DNA of 63,892 nt, filler included, from Collodictyon triciliatum (lineage: Eukaryota): the NCBI GenBank assembly GCA_043381765.1. It is 9 parts of 9 records of this genome, joined end to end, with 100 filler letters (N's around TTAATTAATTAA, not from the genome) between each part and the next. Parts side by side here need not be neighbours in the genome. Positions count along the whole stretch, not along the records: positions 7,405 to 14,706 come from JBHJMP010003967.1; positions 14,807 to 22,103 come from JBHJMP010003968.1; positions 22,204 to 29,499 come from JBHJMP010003969.1; 6 more parts are not named here. One strand, 5' to 3'. The first letter of the stretch is position 1. Every line of letters begins with the position of its first letter. Position numbers and translations under genes: made by a program. The notes under the pieces were generated by a model that made no database searches, was not told the DNA's origin, and saw only the letters and a program-made list of their open reading frames with translations. Below, piece by piece: positions 13,501-25,300 of the stretch.

Positions 13501-14414
13501 ATAGATGATTTCGCTTGTTGTATAGTTGGGCGCTCAGCTTTTACAAGCCTCTTAGAAAAATATATAATAGTCCTATCACGTTTGAAGATTTAATAAAGTT
13601 TCTTTTATTTTGTCTTAATAACTCAATAATACTTAAAGGTACGAACAGGCTATTCACTACTTTCAGAAATCGATGAAGATTCGCGTCCATTTGATTGGAG
13701 AAAATCACCCCGACACAGCTACGTGCTTGAACAACATCGGGATGGCCTTTTCAAGCCAGGAAAAGTATACCTTTCTCTTTTTAGCAGCGAAAAATTTTAA
13801 AAAAAGATTTGGTATTATTATATTTCATTAACTGGGTTTTGGCAAATATCTATGAAAAAGAATATCCCTATCAATATAAATATAATTTGATAATGGAGGA
13901 CTATTTGGGTTTTGGATTATGGATTTTGACTCTTACGTCTTAGGCATGAGGATGCATTGACCTATTACCGTCGCTCCCTAGAAATCCGCTCCAAAGTCCT
14001 TGGCACATCACACCCCAACACTCGCAAAACATTCGTCAACGTCTCAAATGCACTGATTGCTTTGCAAAGGTGTTTGTTTTTTTCTTTTTCGTGTATGTCT
14101 TTTTGTTTTTTGTCTTCACATTTGTGTGAGTCTATTCGAATCATCTGCACTTCGATAAGCCTCTATTGAATGCCATGTTTTTCGGCGTTGTTTTTATTTT
14201 ATTTATTTTATTTTTAATCATGTTTACAATTTAATCACATCACTAAACGTTGCACACGCACTTGATGGCGGCCGATTGACCCAAGGCACCACGATCTCAT
14301 CGACCATCTGATTAGCTTCGCGGCTGAACGCACTTCTGACCTCGGCAGCGAAAACCACGCCGAAGTGGCCGACCTTTTCAACCAAACCGGCTCAGCATAC
14401 TCGTCCTTGAACAG
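7531..14414 (+). CDS. DUF4062-NACHT-TPR STAND NTPase (NPHP3/TEP1-like, NLR-like); both ends truncated
   Basis: FIDLRWG, LGSRYGW and SVTEYE (DUF4062); Walker A AAQSGIGKS; FHFVG; Walker B FVIDAVNQL; LHWLP; GHPLYLRILLDELRLFG; then at least seven 41-43-aa kinesin-light-chain-type TPRs. The exon phases I checked are compatible. Confidence 0.85.
10139..10255. repeat. (CCTTTTTCCTTTCT)n 14-mer tandem repeat, intronic
   Basis: Direct reading. Confidence 0.85.
12247..12365. repeat. (TTTGG)n microsatellite abutting a 3' splice site
   Basis: Direct reading; ends at GCAG acceptor 12365-12368. Confidence 0.95.
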
Positions 14415-14806
14415 GTCGCTGTGTTTGTCCCGTCGCCACATCCTCACAAAAGCACAACACAAATCCATCAATCTCTTGTATCCTCTCATAGTTTATCATT
14501 CATACAAACAAAGCATGCAACAAATATATGTACTTGCATCTTGACTGCTTTTATAAGCCTCGCAAAGTGCATTAATTTACTGCCACAAACGCAGTGCTTC
14601 TCTTCTCTTCTCTTTTCTTTTTTTCTTTTTTTCTTTTTTTCTTTTTTTCTTTTTTTCTTTTTTTCTTTTTTTCTTTTTTTCTTTTTTTCTTTTTTTCTTT
14701 TTTTCTNNNNNNNNNNNNNNNNNNNNNNNNNNNNNNNNNNNNNNNNNNNNTTAATTAATTAANNNNNNNNNNNNNNNNNNNNNNNNNNNNNNNNNNNNNN
14801 NNNNNN

Positions 14807-17800
14807 CAAGCCGATGCGGGAAACAAAGAGAACCTTCATCGAGAGGGACACATACTCGACCTTCATTGTCTCTTTTCCATCAGACGAGGCTACTGTACAA
14901 TAAAAAAATCATTCAATAAAAGTTGCAATGTAATTACTTTTTTCCTTTTAATTTGGCGAAATATGTAATCAATACTCACCCCTCCTGTCAAACTTCAGTT
15001 GCCAGCGCTGTATAATGAGCATGTAAAGCTCAATGACACCATTGGTCGAAAGCATAGCAAACAGTTCATCATCGAGCTTCTCATTGACACCAAAGACCCT
15101 GACTTCATCCAGAATGATGCGGAGATAGAGCCAATGTCCTTTTAAAAATTCATATAATAAGTAACTAAATAAACTGTGAAAAACCTTATCAAACTAAATG
15201 GTCTTATTAAAAATGTCTCACCGGTATCTTCAAAGTCAGCCAGAATCATTCCAACTTGCTTTTCATTCAGGGTCTTGTCATAGCGGATGAGGAATGATTC
15301 GACACCATCCTTTATTTCGCCCTCGGTCAACTTGGTGACAGGAATCGGCTCCAGTCCACTTTGCTTGGCATACTTATTACAGATACATTAATTAACCTTC
15401 CACTCAAAATCGTTTTTAACCAAAATACAAATACATCCAAAATATAATATTAAATGATGAATACCGTGCAAGATTCATGGGTATGAATAGTCGACACAAC
15501 CACCGCAACATTAGCTGGTGTTTCCTTAGGCAACCAGGTCAGCAGATGCGGAGCTGACGTTCCTTGCGACGGGTGGATTTGGTTGATGGCATCGATGAGG
15601 AAGACAAACTTCTCATCTCTATACAAGATAAATCAATATCAATTATTTTTTATTCGATTCAAAGTATTTCAATTTGATTTTGATAGTTAAAATAGACAAA
15701 AAAATCGAAGTATTACTTGTTTTTCTCCTGAATCATTTTCAGCAAGCCCTGGAGTCCCTCTTTTTCGTATTCTGGTAACAAAATAGAAAAAAATACATGA
15801 TTGATTATACAACATTTAAATTAAATTAAAAAGATAAAAATATAATACTGTAATACCAGCTTCCTGCTTCTTTTCCCCGAAAAAGTTGGCAGAGTTTGTG
15901 ACCAAAGTCCAGAAGCGAATCGAAACACTAAAATAAACAAATGTTAAAAACCAAAATAAAATATCTTTACATCTATAAAAACAAAAAGAAAAAAATTACC
16001 TTTCAACGTAACTGCTGAGGTTGGTGCATCCGACAAAATGGAAAAAGACACGCAGCCCAGGATGCTTCAGCCCTTCGAGGTCTCTCGCTGTGGCGGCCAT
16101 GAGCGACGACTTTCCAATACCAGACTCGGCAGCAAGAACGATGATTTTGGATTTCTCCATGCTCAGCTGGTTCATGACCTGATGAAAATAATTTATTGAT
16201 AATAAAAGAAAAATCAAAGAATATTGTTGTCATTTTTAAATAATTGCTCTTCATTTCGTCTTACTTGCTCCGTGATTGTCTTGAGAAGCTCCTTTCTTCC
16301 ACAAAACCCAACCAATCGATGCATCTTGAACTGGTGTTGCGCTTGGTCTTCAGGGTCTCTCACCTATTTTATAATTATGTGAATGCCATGTTAATGAAAT
16401 ATATCTCACGAATCAATACCGAAACTTTTGCACTAATTAAAAATAAAAAATTATACAGTTTGATTCCCAAAGTCGTGCTCGATGGCGTAGGTGAGATGGT
16501 AAGTCACAAAGTCCGAATACTCTTTCGCTCCTTTGTAGATAACATGCCCGAACTTGGCCTTGACTTTTCCTTTGAGCTCCTCCTGCCTCTTACGCTAAAA
16601 AATACATTACAATATATGTTAAATAAATCAAATAATTCAATAAACGTAACATAATTACTCGAAAACGAAAACATAAGAAAATTTTATCAATTTTTACCGC
16701 CTCTTCGCTTTCAGCTTGGAACAGCTTTCTTTCTTCCTCATTCTTGGCATGTTGGACAGCATAATGCTCATCGCGAAGGTAAAAGAAGGCGCGGCTGCAT
16801 GCTGGTTTGTCAATCAGACAGGCATACTGAATCTGAATATATATTTTGATTTAGAATGATTTATTTAATTTTTATTATTCATGACGGATGATACATAAAA
16901 AAATTTAGGGATTTGGCTTCACCTCGTATTCAGTCACACTCAACCCAGGCATTTCGTCAATGAAAGGAAAGCGGCTATTGGTTTCACTGCGCCATTCCAC
17001 CCAAATATCCTTCATGGTGGCATCAGGCTTGGTATTCAGCAGCTCCTCGAGGCGGGCTTGTTTGTTCAGCTCCGTTTTGTTCTGGTCAGGAATCCAGCCG
17101 CAGCGCGCACCGAGAGAGCACACAAAATATGGACATTTTCCGATAGAGTCCAAACAGCGAATCACAACCTTTGAAATATAAATCAAAGTAAATTGAAGGT
17201 TATTATTATATAAAATGCTAAATATTCTAAAAAAATTATCAAAAAATAATGTTAATAATATTGTGATTACCCATCCCTCACTACTGTCCACAGAAGTCAG
17301 TCCCCAGCGCAAATCGATAAAGACAAGGTCCACTCCCAATGATTTCGCAAGCCTTTTTAGCCTGACATAAAGACAATTTTGTTAGTAAAATAAAATCATG
17401 AAATTATCATTCCTTGTTATAGATTTATTTTTTAATTTGTGTATTAAACTTACTCAGGGGCTCCATTCTTGAAAAACTCGTCTCTTTCTCGCTGCATGTC
17501 ATGGAAAGTGGAGGAAAGGAAAACACGGATGACACGCTCCTCAAAGAAAATGAGTGGCAATGGTGTCGATGTTACGTATTTTTGTGGAGCCGGATTCCAC
17601 TTCTTGTATTGCCTCTCTTTCAGGTCTTCACGAGCAAGATTCATCTGGTTTGAAAAGGACATTACATTTCACATATCGGAATGATTTTGGTCAAATTTAA
17701 CTATTTTAATTAATTATAAATTGCCTTGTCAAGAAGAATGCAAGTGCGGATGAGCACAACAGAGCCTTTGTCTTCCAGACCAAGACCTGCATCAATATAT

Positions 17801-18693
17801 AAATTTAATTCAGTTGATATGTTAATATAAAATAAATCAATAAAAAAAGATAAATATATAAATCAAATTTCAACCATGGAACGGAAACGGGGCCTTCGCT
17901 CTTTCGTAGAGCTTCTTGGCAATGTCGTACCTCTCGCGACATTTTTTCTACAATTTTTAACGATGGGAAATTATATTTTGGAATGGTTCAAAATTAGAAA
18001 TCATTGAATATGAAAGATTAAAAGGAAGTGTTTTGTTACCCCAAGATTTCCCAAATGGCCAACACTTTGTCCAATAAGATACCGAAGCATTTCATTGAGC
18101 AAATCTGTAAGAATATTTATATGTCAATCACCCATACAAACTAAATATATGATATATGAAAAATTCCAAAATCAGTTCCCTTTAAAACAAATAAAGCAAA
18201 CCAGCGTAATGGGCCTGAGAAGCAACAGCCTCATCACGCACATTCAATTTCAGAAACCAATCAACAATGAGTTTTTGATTCTCGTCAACAAGAGCCTCCT
18301 CCTCAATAGCTTTGTCACTGATTTTAAAAAAGGGATTAAATACCAATAAATGAAAGAAATAAACAATAAAAATCGTGAATATCATAAATAAATCATACGC
18401 AAACAAGCGCGAATGGTAGCTTCCCAAGGACTTTCCGGTGACCGTCTCAATCAGCATGGCCAAAAAGAACCCGTCCATTAAGTCATCGCGGATGTTCTTC
18501 GACTTGAGATCGATTTTTCCCAGGTGGTGGTTTGCCCATTCGAGGACAGCCTGCGCTCAGTAGTTGGCGTAAACATTTCAACTCTTTCTAATATATAAAT
18601 CTATTTATTGATGAATATGTATGTATTTGTGCAGACTTCGTCAATGGTGACAACGCTGACGTTGGCCTCGGTGCTTGTTTCGGTTGCAGACAT
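14807..18693 (-). CDS. CH-domain-DUF4062-NACHT STAND NTPase, paralog of 7531-14414; 3' end truncated
   Basis: ATG at 18693; AVLEWANHHL..I..IRDDLMDGFFLAMLIETVTGK...LVDENQKLI (calponin homology); IRVFLSSTFHDMQRERD, FIDLRWG and SVTEYE; Walker A AAESGIGKS; Walker B FLIDAINQI; HWLYLRIILDEVRVFG. Confidence 0.85.
15646..15664 (-). mobile_element. Third copy of the CTTTGAATCGAATAAA(A)n micro-element
   Basis: Exact core match within an intron of the CH-NACHT gene; TSD degraded. Confidence 0.55.
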
Positions 18694-19794
18694 TTTTTTG
18701 AATCTTCCTATTACTTCGTTTGTGTTGCATAAAATACATCGTATTCATGAGTTATAATATATGCCAAGTATCAATCAACTCTAATATAAAACAAGCTATC
18801 CTACTTTTTCATGAACGGATATTGTTTGATTTATCGATTCATATTTTGAATGCGTTTTTGAATATTTTCATTAGGCTATCTATGTTATATTTTACTAATG
18901 CTCAAAGATTAATATCATCTCTCTGGATATTTTATTATTTTTCTTTATTATGAAATAAACTGTTCGTGAATACAAATGTATCTCAGTATGAAATGAGTTT
19001 CATGTATCTTTAATTGCTTTCTTTTGTAAATAATATGAATGTGAGTTGCTTATGCATCATACAGCCACTAAACATTGTTTTAATGCTTAAATATTTCGTA
19101 TACTATAAGAAATGTGATGTATGAAATTCTCTGCGTGATAGATTGATATTCTCCAGGTCGAGTTAATACAATTCCTTGAATCTATTCAAAATTGTGCAAA
19201 TGTACCAAATTATATGTAATGGTTAGTATAGTCCCACAGAATGCCTAATCCACAAATAAATAAGATTGTAATACCGATACTCATGTAATACTCTCCGTTA
19301 ATTATAGCCTGAGTTTCATCGTGAAGATTTTACGCATGATTAAAAAATACCAAACCACCATCGCTTAAGTTTTCCAGGCATAGGTGCTTGCCTTCCATTC
19401 AAGGTAAGCGTTTTTTCCATATGTACCTTGCATTAACAGACAAATAATGAAAAAAAGCTTCATTAGGAATTATCCATGTATGATAATACTATTCGAATGA
19501 ATGAATAAACACCATGTTTAATGAAAACAAAAATAACACCGACTTCATATTACTGAACTCGGATTGTTTGTCCAGATGGTTGCAGTGCGAAGTGCGTTTC
19601 TATTGACCCGTACGCTCTCTTTATATGATCGTTGTGAAGGCTGCTTCTTGCTTGAGCGATACTGATTCTTCCATAGCTCCGGGTGGTTGGGTTTAAAAGG
19701 GTCGACATTGTCTTTCTGTACTTGACAGCTCGGTTTGTTAGTATTTGTGATGAAGTTTAACCATGATATTTTTCTTTTGACTTCGTCCTTGTGT

Positions 19795-20300
19795 TCAGGG
19801 ACGGATTATGAAAGGGACGTGGAATCCCTGCAGGCTTATTTTCTTTTCTGGCACTTTGGGTAGTTCTGATGCCGGGAACTTGACCAGCGCGTCATTAGTC
19901 CAGATACCGTCCACAGCTTCGTAGTAAAAAATGGTAGGCGAAAATGTTGCTTTGCAGACCTCTTCAATGTCTGCCTTGGTGAAGCCTGGGGGGATATCGC
20001 CGATGATAGCGGAGTGGAGAGGTGGCCTCTCTTGGTATGGGCGGAAAGAGCGGCCAAGCAGTTTAAACTGTCCTGCTTTGGCAAACTCTGCGGCGTTTTG
20101 TTGGTGCGGGAAGGCTACTGTGTATCCTTGGGGTTGATCGTACAGTTGCATGATCACGTTCTCCTCGTAGCACTTGAGTTGTTTAAGGACTTGGGCGAGT
20201 TCTTTCTTCGCTTGGTTGCGGGCTTCGTGGTTCTGGGGCAGTTTGTGCTTACCTCGAAGGCGGACGTAGCAGCCGGCTCCGTACAGGTTCTGCTCCTGGG
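19795..20300 (-). mobile_element. Non-LTR retrotransposon ORF1 (gag/RRM-like) fragment
   Basis: Intronless, higher GC; HSAIIGDIPPGFTKADIEE...GIWTNDALVKF..LPKVPEKKISLQGFHVPFIIRP resembles LINE ORF1 RRM modules. No reverse transcriptase downstream. Confidence 0.4.
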
Positions 20301-21132
20301 CTCTCTTTGATCGGCGGATCGGTGTGGCCGAGGGGCCTTGGTCGAGTTGTGTCCTCGATTCTCGTGCGTTCGAATGTGTTTTTCTCAAGCTTGCGCTTTC
20401 GACCTCCACACTCGAGTCGGGCTCTATGAGTTGTTCCCCACGAGATCGAAGAGATCGAACGAGGAGGGAAATGTTGGCTGGAAGCATGGAGATGTTTTAT
20501 CCGATGAAATTCAGCGAGTGGAGCTGGATATATGCCTCGTTTGGTGTCCATCCCGGCTTCATGATTTCACCTTCCTGTTTTTGTTTTGTATTTTGAGCAA
20601 CTTTTTTCTTTTATTTCATTTTTTAATTTGCTTACGGGGTCGTAGAGCTGCAGAGCGCGGATGTATCTGTAGTCTTTGTGTGATGTGTCATTGCACAGTG
20701 GAAGAGCTGTGATGTCACGCGGGGCCTTTATGTTAATTCTTTCACTGAGCTCGAACGAGAGCTTCTCCCGATTTGTGAGCGCTGTGATTTGTGGTGGGAG
20801 CTCCTCCATCTGTTTGTATGATTGTCAGTCACTTTATCTTTCAACATAAACAAAAAAAAAAGATAGAATATCAAATAAATAAAAACAAACCGGATTGCCA
20901 TCAACCCAAAGCCATGTGAGGCCAGTCAAACGCGATATTTGTGGAGGCAGTGATGACAGCATATTGTCAGGAAGACGAAAATCTTCGAGACCAGTCAACA
21001 AGAAAATACCTCGAGGCACATATGTCAGTTTTTTGGATCTGAGACTAGACTTGTGGAGCCTTTTAAAGAGGCAACGCTGGGTTCCACGGCGATTTTCTGG
21101 AGCTCTTCTAAAAGTTCAGCCTTGTCGGCCAT
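20300..21132 (-). pseudogene. Disrupted spliced leucine-rich-repeat gene (3' boundary approximate)
   Basis: ATG at 21132 (MADKAELL...). A 1-nt frameshift near 21045 restores TSL(D)LRSKKLTYVPRGIFLLTGLEDFRLPDNMLSSLPPQISRLTGLTWLWVDGNP. GT-AG introns at 20810-20890 and 20575-20635; in-frame TAA at 20497-20499 within the LRR-like LHSLNFIG*NISMLPANISLL. Confidence 0.7.
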
Positions 21133-21594
21133 CGCGGCAGAAGTGGGGCGGGGACGGTTTGGACGGGTTGTGGGGGCTGTGTGGGCGAGTGAAATGAGTT
21201 GTGCGTCAGTGCATTGCATAGTGCTTCATTTGTTTTGTGACTGCACTTGACAAGTCACACAGAGGAGCGTTGCTAGGGTGAGCGGTGCGGTTTTGCGCAC
21301 AGAGAACAGAACGTGCATTGCGAATGAACGACGCATGACATGGTAGCAAGAAATAAGTGCGCAATGCAGCGGCGATTATGACAGGACAATGCTTAAATAT
21401 CTCGCAAAGGCCGGCGAATCTTCCGTCCGAATAAATATGCGATTGACTTAACGTATGGGTGGACGGATTGGGCTGTGTGTCGCTCGTGTGTGGCGTGTGG
21501 CTCGTGTGGTGACTTAAAGGTAGAACATTCGGCCATTTGGTTTTGCACATTAAAGCCACGTTTCCATTTTGGTTTTGCACAAAAAAACACACGT

Positions 21595-22103
21595 ATGGCA
21601 ACCAAGCCTCAACTTGACGACGAGAATGGTCTACGAGCACTACCGGACGCGACCGGTGGAGCGAGCAGCGGGATGCAGGAGAAGGAAATCTACCCGGCCG
21701 GCTGTGTGGTGCGCCTGGTGGGCGAGTACACTGAGACACTGACGCACGCCACACGCCTGCGTCTGCTGGAGCAGCTGTGCGAAGTCCACCGCACCCACGA
21801 GTGCGCCACGGAGGGTGTTGTGCTGCTGGTGTAAGACCTGTCGCGCGGCCCTCACATCCAAATTGGGACGCTGCGCCACAACAAAGGCGAAGCCACACCA
21901 CAGCTCGCGCCGATTCCCGAGTCAGCGCACACACCAACCCAGGCAAAACCCCGCCAACCCCAAAGACTCCACAAGAGGCTCCCCGTCCACTGCGGACAAA
22001 GACCCAAACGTGCCCTCCAACTCGGCAGGCACACTCACAGGCAAAGCCGCACCCAACGCCGCCCCACAGCGGACACAAACAAAGCCCGCCGTCACCCAAG
22101 CGA
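21595..22103 (+). mobile_element. Second ORF1-like copy (disrupted or spliced), running into the contig end
   Basis: MATKPQ...EKEIYPAGCVVRLVGEY...HATR aligns with EQNLYGAGCYVRLRGKH...HEAR of the 19795-20487 ORF; a Cys cluster and a P/S/T-rich tail follow in another frame. Confidence 0.35.
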
Positions 22104-22203
22104 NNNNNNNNNNNNNNNNNNNNNNNNNNNNNNNNNNNNNNNNNNNNTTAATTAATTAANNNNNNNNNNNNNNNNNNNNNNNNNNNNNNNNNNNNNNNNN
22201 NNN

Positions 22204-22320
22204 TGTATGTATGTATGTATGTATGTATGTATGTATGTATGTATGTATGTATGTATGTATGTATGTATGTATGTATGTATGTATGTATGTATGTATGTAT
22301 GTATGTATGTATGTATGTAT
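22204..22320. repeat. (TATG)n microsatellite at contig start
   Basis: Direct reading. Confidence 0.95.
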
Positions 22321-22357
22321 TTTAAAAAAACTCATTTTGATTTGATTCCTTTCGTAG

Positions 22358-25300
22358 AAATAAGACATGATTGTAACATGAACAACCAGAATGTCCGATA
22401 TAATTGGCTTCGTCACGACGGCCGGCACTTCGGGCAGCAGGAAATCCATGATAAGAATCAGAATCTTCAAATGACAACCACTTTTGTAGGCTCTTCAGAG
22501 AATGGTACATGCCTTTCTTTTTCTTTTTCTTTTTTTATCACAAGATGCATTTCTTCTATATTTACAAATTTTGTATTTTAAAGTCAGGCGAATAATCAGA
22601 TCTAGATATTTTAGTCAGAGGAAGGGTAGATATCTTCATAAAATTTACAGCATCAATAACAGTTGCCTTTCTTTAGATGCCTTCTGGCTTGCACGATTAA
22701 GTGGGTCTGCAAGTGGAAAGGGATTTTCATCATTGTATGTGTATTTCACGATTGAAGGTGGCGGCTCCTTCCATTATCCCAGACGTTTTTCAAAATCGGT
22801 ATTCGAATGCATTAACATGTCGTTTTCAGCGCTTTCATTCAATTTAATAACCACCCCAATATTGCAACTTTCCTTTTGTCCTGTTACTTTCATAGAATTG
22901 TTTACAGAGTATTAATACATTGTCAAAGTATCAAATTCATTTCTGTTTCGCATATTTTTTTAATGTTTGTTTTTACTATTAAGGGACTCACCTCGCCCTT
23001 CTATGTGAGCGGAGAATCTGATGAGTTGGGCGGGTTTGACATCGATGTTGATTTTTCTTCAGGTATATTTCAAATAAAATGCAAATTAGTTAAATAGGTA
23101 CATACATAATCAAATTGAGAGCAAACTCTTCGTCACATTGAAATCTGAACTCGAGTAGATGAGGCTGAGCTCAATGAAGTTGATGCCAAAGTAATGGATA
23201 TTGTCGAGGACAGCTTCTCGGAGCCAGGAAAGGCTTCATACTTGGGGATGAAACTGCCAACACCCAGAGGAACACAGTCATGGGAAGCTGCTTCCATTTT
23301 GAAGACATCTGCAACAAACGAAATACAGCGCCGCTTAATGCAGCTCGACAGGGTTGTTCAAACGGAGACGAGAGAGCGTCGCTTGCGCCTGAGGAATCAA
23401 CTGCTGTCTATACCAACCACCCTTGCTAATCGTTTTGATTATCATGCAACTTTCGCTGTCTTTGAGTTTCTAGTGAAAGGAAAATTCCAGGTTTCATTCT
23501 CATTTGATAATGGAGGATTTATGCATTCTGACATTGCACCTCATTTCAGGTGGCGAAGAACTTTTTTTTATTAAGAGAATATGATTCAGATCGACGTAAG
23601 GTTCGTTAATAAATCAGTGAGCGCCACTCCTCCTGGAATAAAGGATATTGCAACATTAATCAAAGAAAATGAAATCAAATATGATGAAAAGTTTGAGCAA
23701 GTCTTCAAGTTAGCAAATAAAGGGTTCTCAGAAGGACAGATTCGTTTTGGCCGGGCTGCCCTCAGTAATCTCCTTGGTGGTGTAGGGTAATGTACCTTAC
23801 TTCCATTTTTTTTAAATGATCAGTTGAATTGTCATTTAACTTCACCTTTTCCTTGAAAAATGAAAAAAAAATAATTACAGATTCTTTCATGGAGATTATC
23901 TGGTCCAAAATGGTAATGATGTCGCTTTTGCTGAGCCGGTCTCTCTTCTCACCGGAGTTCCATCAAGGTCATTTTTTCCCAGAGGGTTTCTATGGGACGA
24001 GGGGTTCCATCAAATGGTTATGCAGAAATGGGATGCTGGTCTGACGTAAGCTTTAGAATTGTTTAGTGGATATAAAGATGAAAGGAAAGCCATTAATAAT
24101 GATGATTACTTGCTTATTTGCCAAGCCGAGAAATCATAACCTCCTGGATGGAACTAGTGACGGAAAGTGGATGGCTACCTCGTGAACAGATACTTGGACC
24201 AGAGGCACGAAGCAAGGCATGATATAAAATGTTATCTAAATTATTAGTCATCAAAAGAGCTTTATTTACATCTCTAATTATTTAAGGGACAATTTTCACC
24301 ATAACTTCATAGGTTCCTAGAGAGTTTCAGGCTCAAAAGGATACAATCGCAAATCCTCCTACTCTTCAAGTCGCTATCCATAAGCTCATCACATCTGCCC
24401 CGCTTCATGATCGGAAAAGCACAATGAGGACAGAAGCCATGAATGACGAGAAAGATGTCATCAAGAGAAACACAAACTTTCTGGAAAAAATATCAGTGCC
24501 CTTGACTAAGCATTTTGAATGGTTTCTTTCAAGTCAAAAGGGAGCGCGAAAAAACTCGTTCAGATGGAGAGGACGCACGGTGAATCATACATTTGCATCA
24601 GGTCACCTTATACACCGATTTTTTCTCTACGTAGATGAAGTTTCTTTTATAAAATTCATAGCGAAACTATATGAGTTCCTTTCACATTCATACCACGGCG
24701 ATCTTGAAGCATGGTCTCAAATACTATGCAATAAAGCCCTCCCATTCTTTTTTTCTTCCTAGGATTGGATGATTACCCCCGCGGGCAATACCCCCATGAT
24801 ATGGAGCGACATGTTGATTTGCATTCTTGGCTAACTTACTATGCAAAATTCATGGCTGAAATATCCAAGGAAACCGGAAAACCCCACGAGGGATATGAAG
24901 AGACGTACCATCAACTTCTAGAAAGTCTTGACGGTAACACTTACTTCCATACATACTGATTTTCATCCATCCTTCATAAAGTGAAATCGACGTAGAATCA
25001 TACTTGTTCACACGGCATATGGTTTAGATTACCATTGGGACAGTGAGCAGCAGCTTTATGCCGATTACGTATATGACAAAAAAACAGGTATTTTTCTGCA
25101 ATCCAAGAAATAAAGACATAAAATTATTGTAATAGGTTTCGATGTAAAAAAAGAAAAAAAAAGAGTCTGATGTTGTGGCCCAAGTATGAAGTTTATTTTG
25201 ATAGGCCATTTTTCAAAACATGTTGGATATATCACGCTTTTCCCATTTTTGCTGGGGCTAATACCAAGAGATTCGCCAAAACTGAAGTCTACCTTGCAAA

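Noticed and set aside
7531-18693. Convergent head-to-head pair of NACHT genes (paired NLR locus)
   Set aside because: They lie on different contigs separated by an artificial spacer.
19602-19800. CCC-TGA followed by an open +1 frame of about 65 codons, as a programmed frameshift
   Set aside because: The locus is already multiply disrupted and the extension has no recognisable domain, so a random indel is simpler.
20497-20499. In-frame TAA here and at 28141 as evidence of a reassigned genetic code
   Set aside because: Both lie in genes that also carry frameshifts. Conserved genes (SET1, MOGS, RhoGAP) end at TAA or TGA and show no internal stops in the exons I reconstructed.
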